The notes beneath the pieces are model-generated. The model had not been told where the DNA came from and did not search any database. It saw only the letters and a list, made by a program, of their open reading frames with translations. Positions 63,884 through 64,000 of a DNA stretch of 64,000 nt are shown here, one piece after another. This DNA is from Octopus vulgaris (lineage: Eukaryota): the NCBI GenBank assembly GCA_951406725.2, contig OX597819.1, forward strand, positions 91,574,001 to 91,638,000, in the 5' to 3' direction. The position numbers and the translations under genes were made by a program. Numbering within the stretch: the first letter of the stretch is position 1; each line of letters begins with the position of its first letter.

Positions 63884-64000
63884 TATTTCTTTATTATAGG
63901 CATAAAGCCTGAAAAAAGAAGGGACCCCACACGGACTGACAACACAAACCGTGGGGTACATAGAACATAACGTATGAAATGTGAATATAATGAATAATAG
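63884..64000 (-). mobile_element. Probable Tx1-type 3' end running off the window
   Basis: Minus strand GTCCCTTCT...AATAAAGAAAT as at 58506; ACCCCAC/GTGGGGT hairpin. Confidence 0.4.

Overview
AT-rich, intron- and repeat-rich animal DNA. The repeat families resemble those of coleoid cephalopods (Octopus); this is an inference. The left half (1-33 kb) holds the last six coding exons of RRN3/TIF-IA on the + strand, all phase-compatible with GT-AG junctions. Its introns are packed with tRNA-derived SINEs, MITEs, a Helitron, CR1/RTE fragments, a fossil Gypsy pol and a perfect 122-bp palindrome carrying a minimal hammerhead-like motif. Downstream are a maT-type (DD37D) Tc1/mariner and a foldback mariner. 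A nearly SINE-free block (about 38-60 kb) of mostly minus-strand TE fragments follows. It contains a decayed Penelope-like element whose 5' end is amplified into a ~394-bp tandem array, a near-intact piggyBac inserted in that array, and internally deleted Tx1/L1-clade elements, including an RT-less head-to-tail chain of ORF1 + endonuclease N-termini. An R2-type fragment outside rDNA lies near the right end. All family calls come from manual motif recognition; no database search was run.
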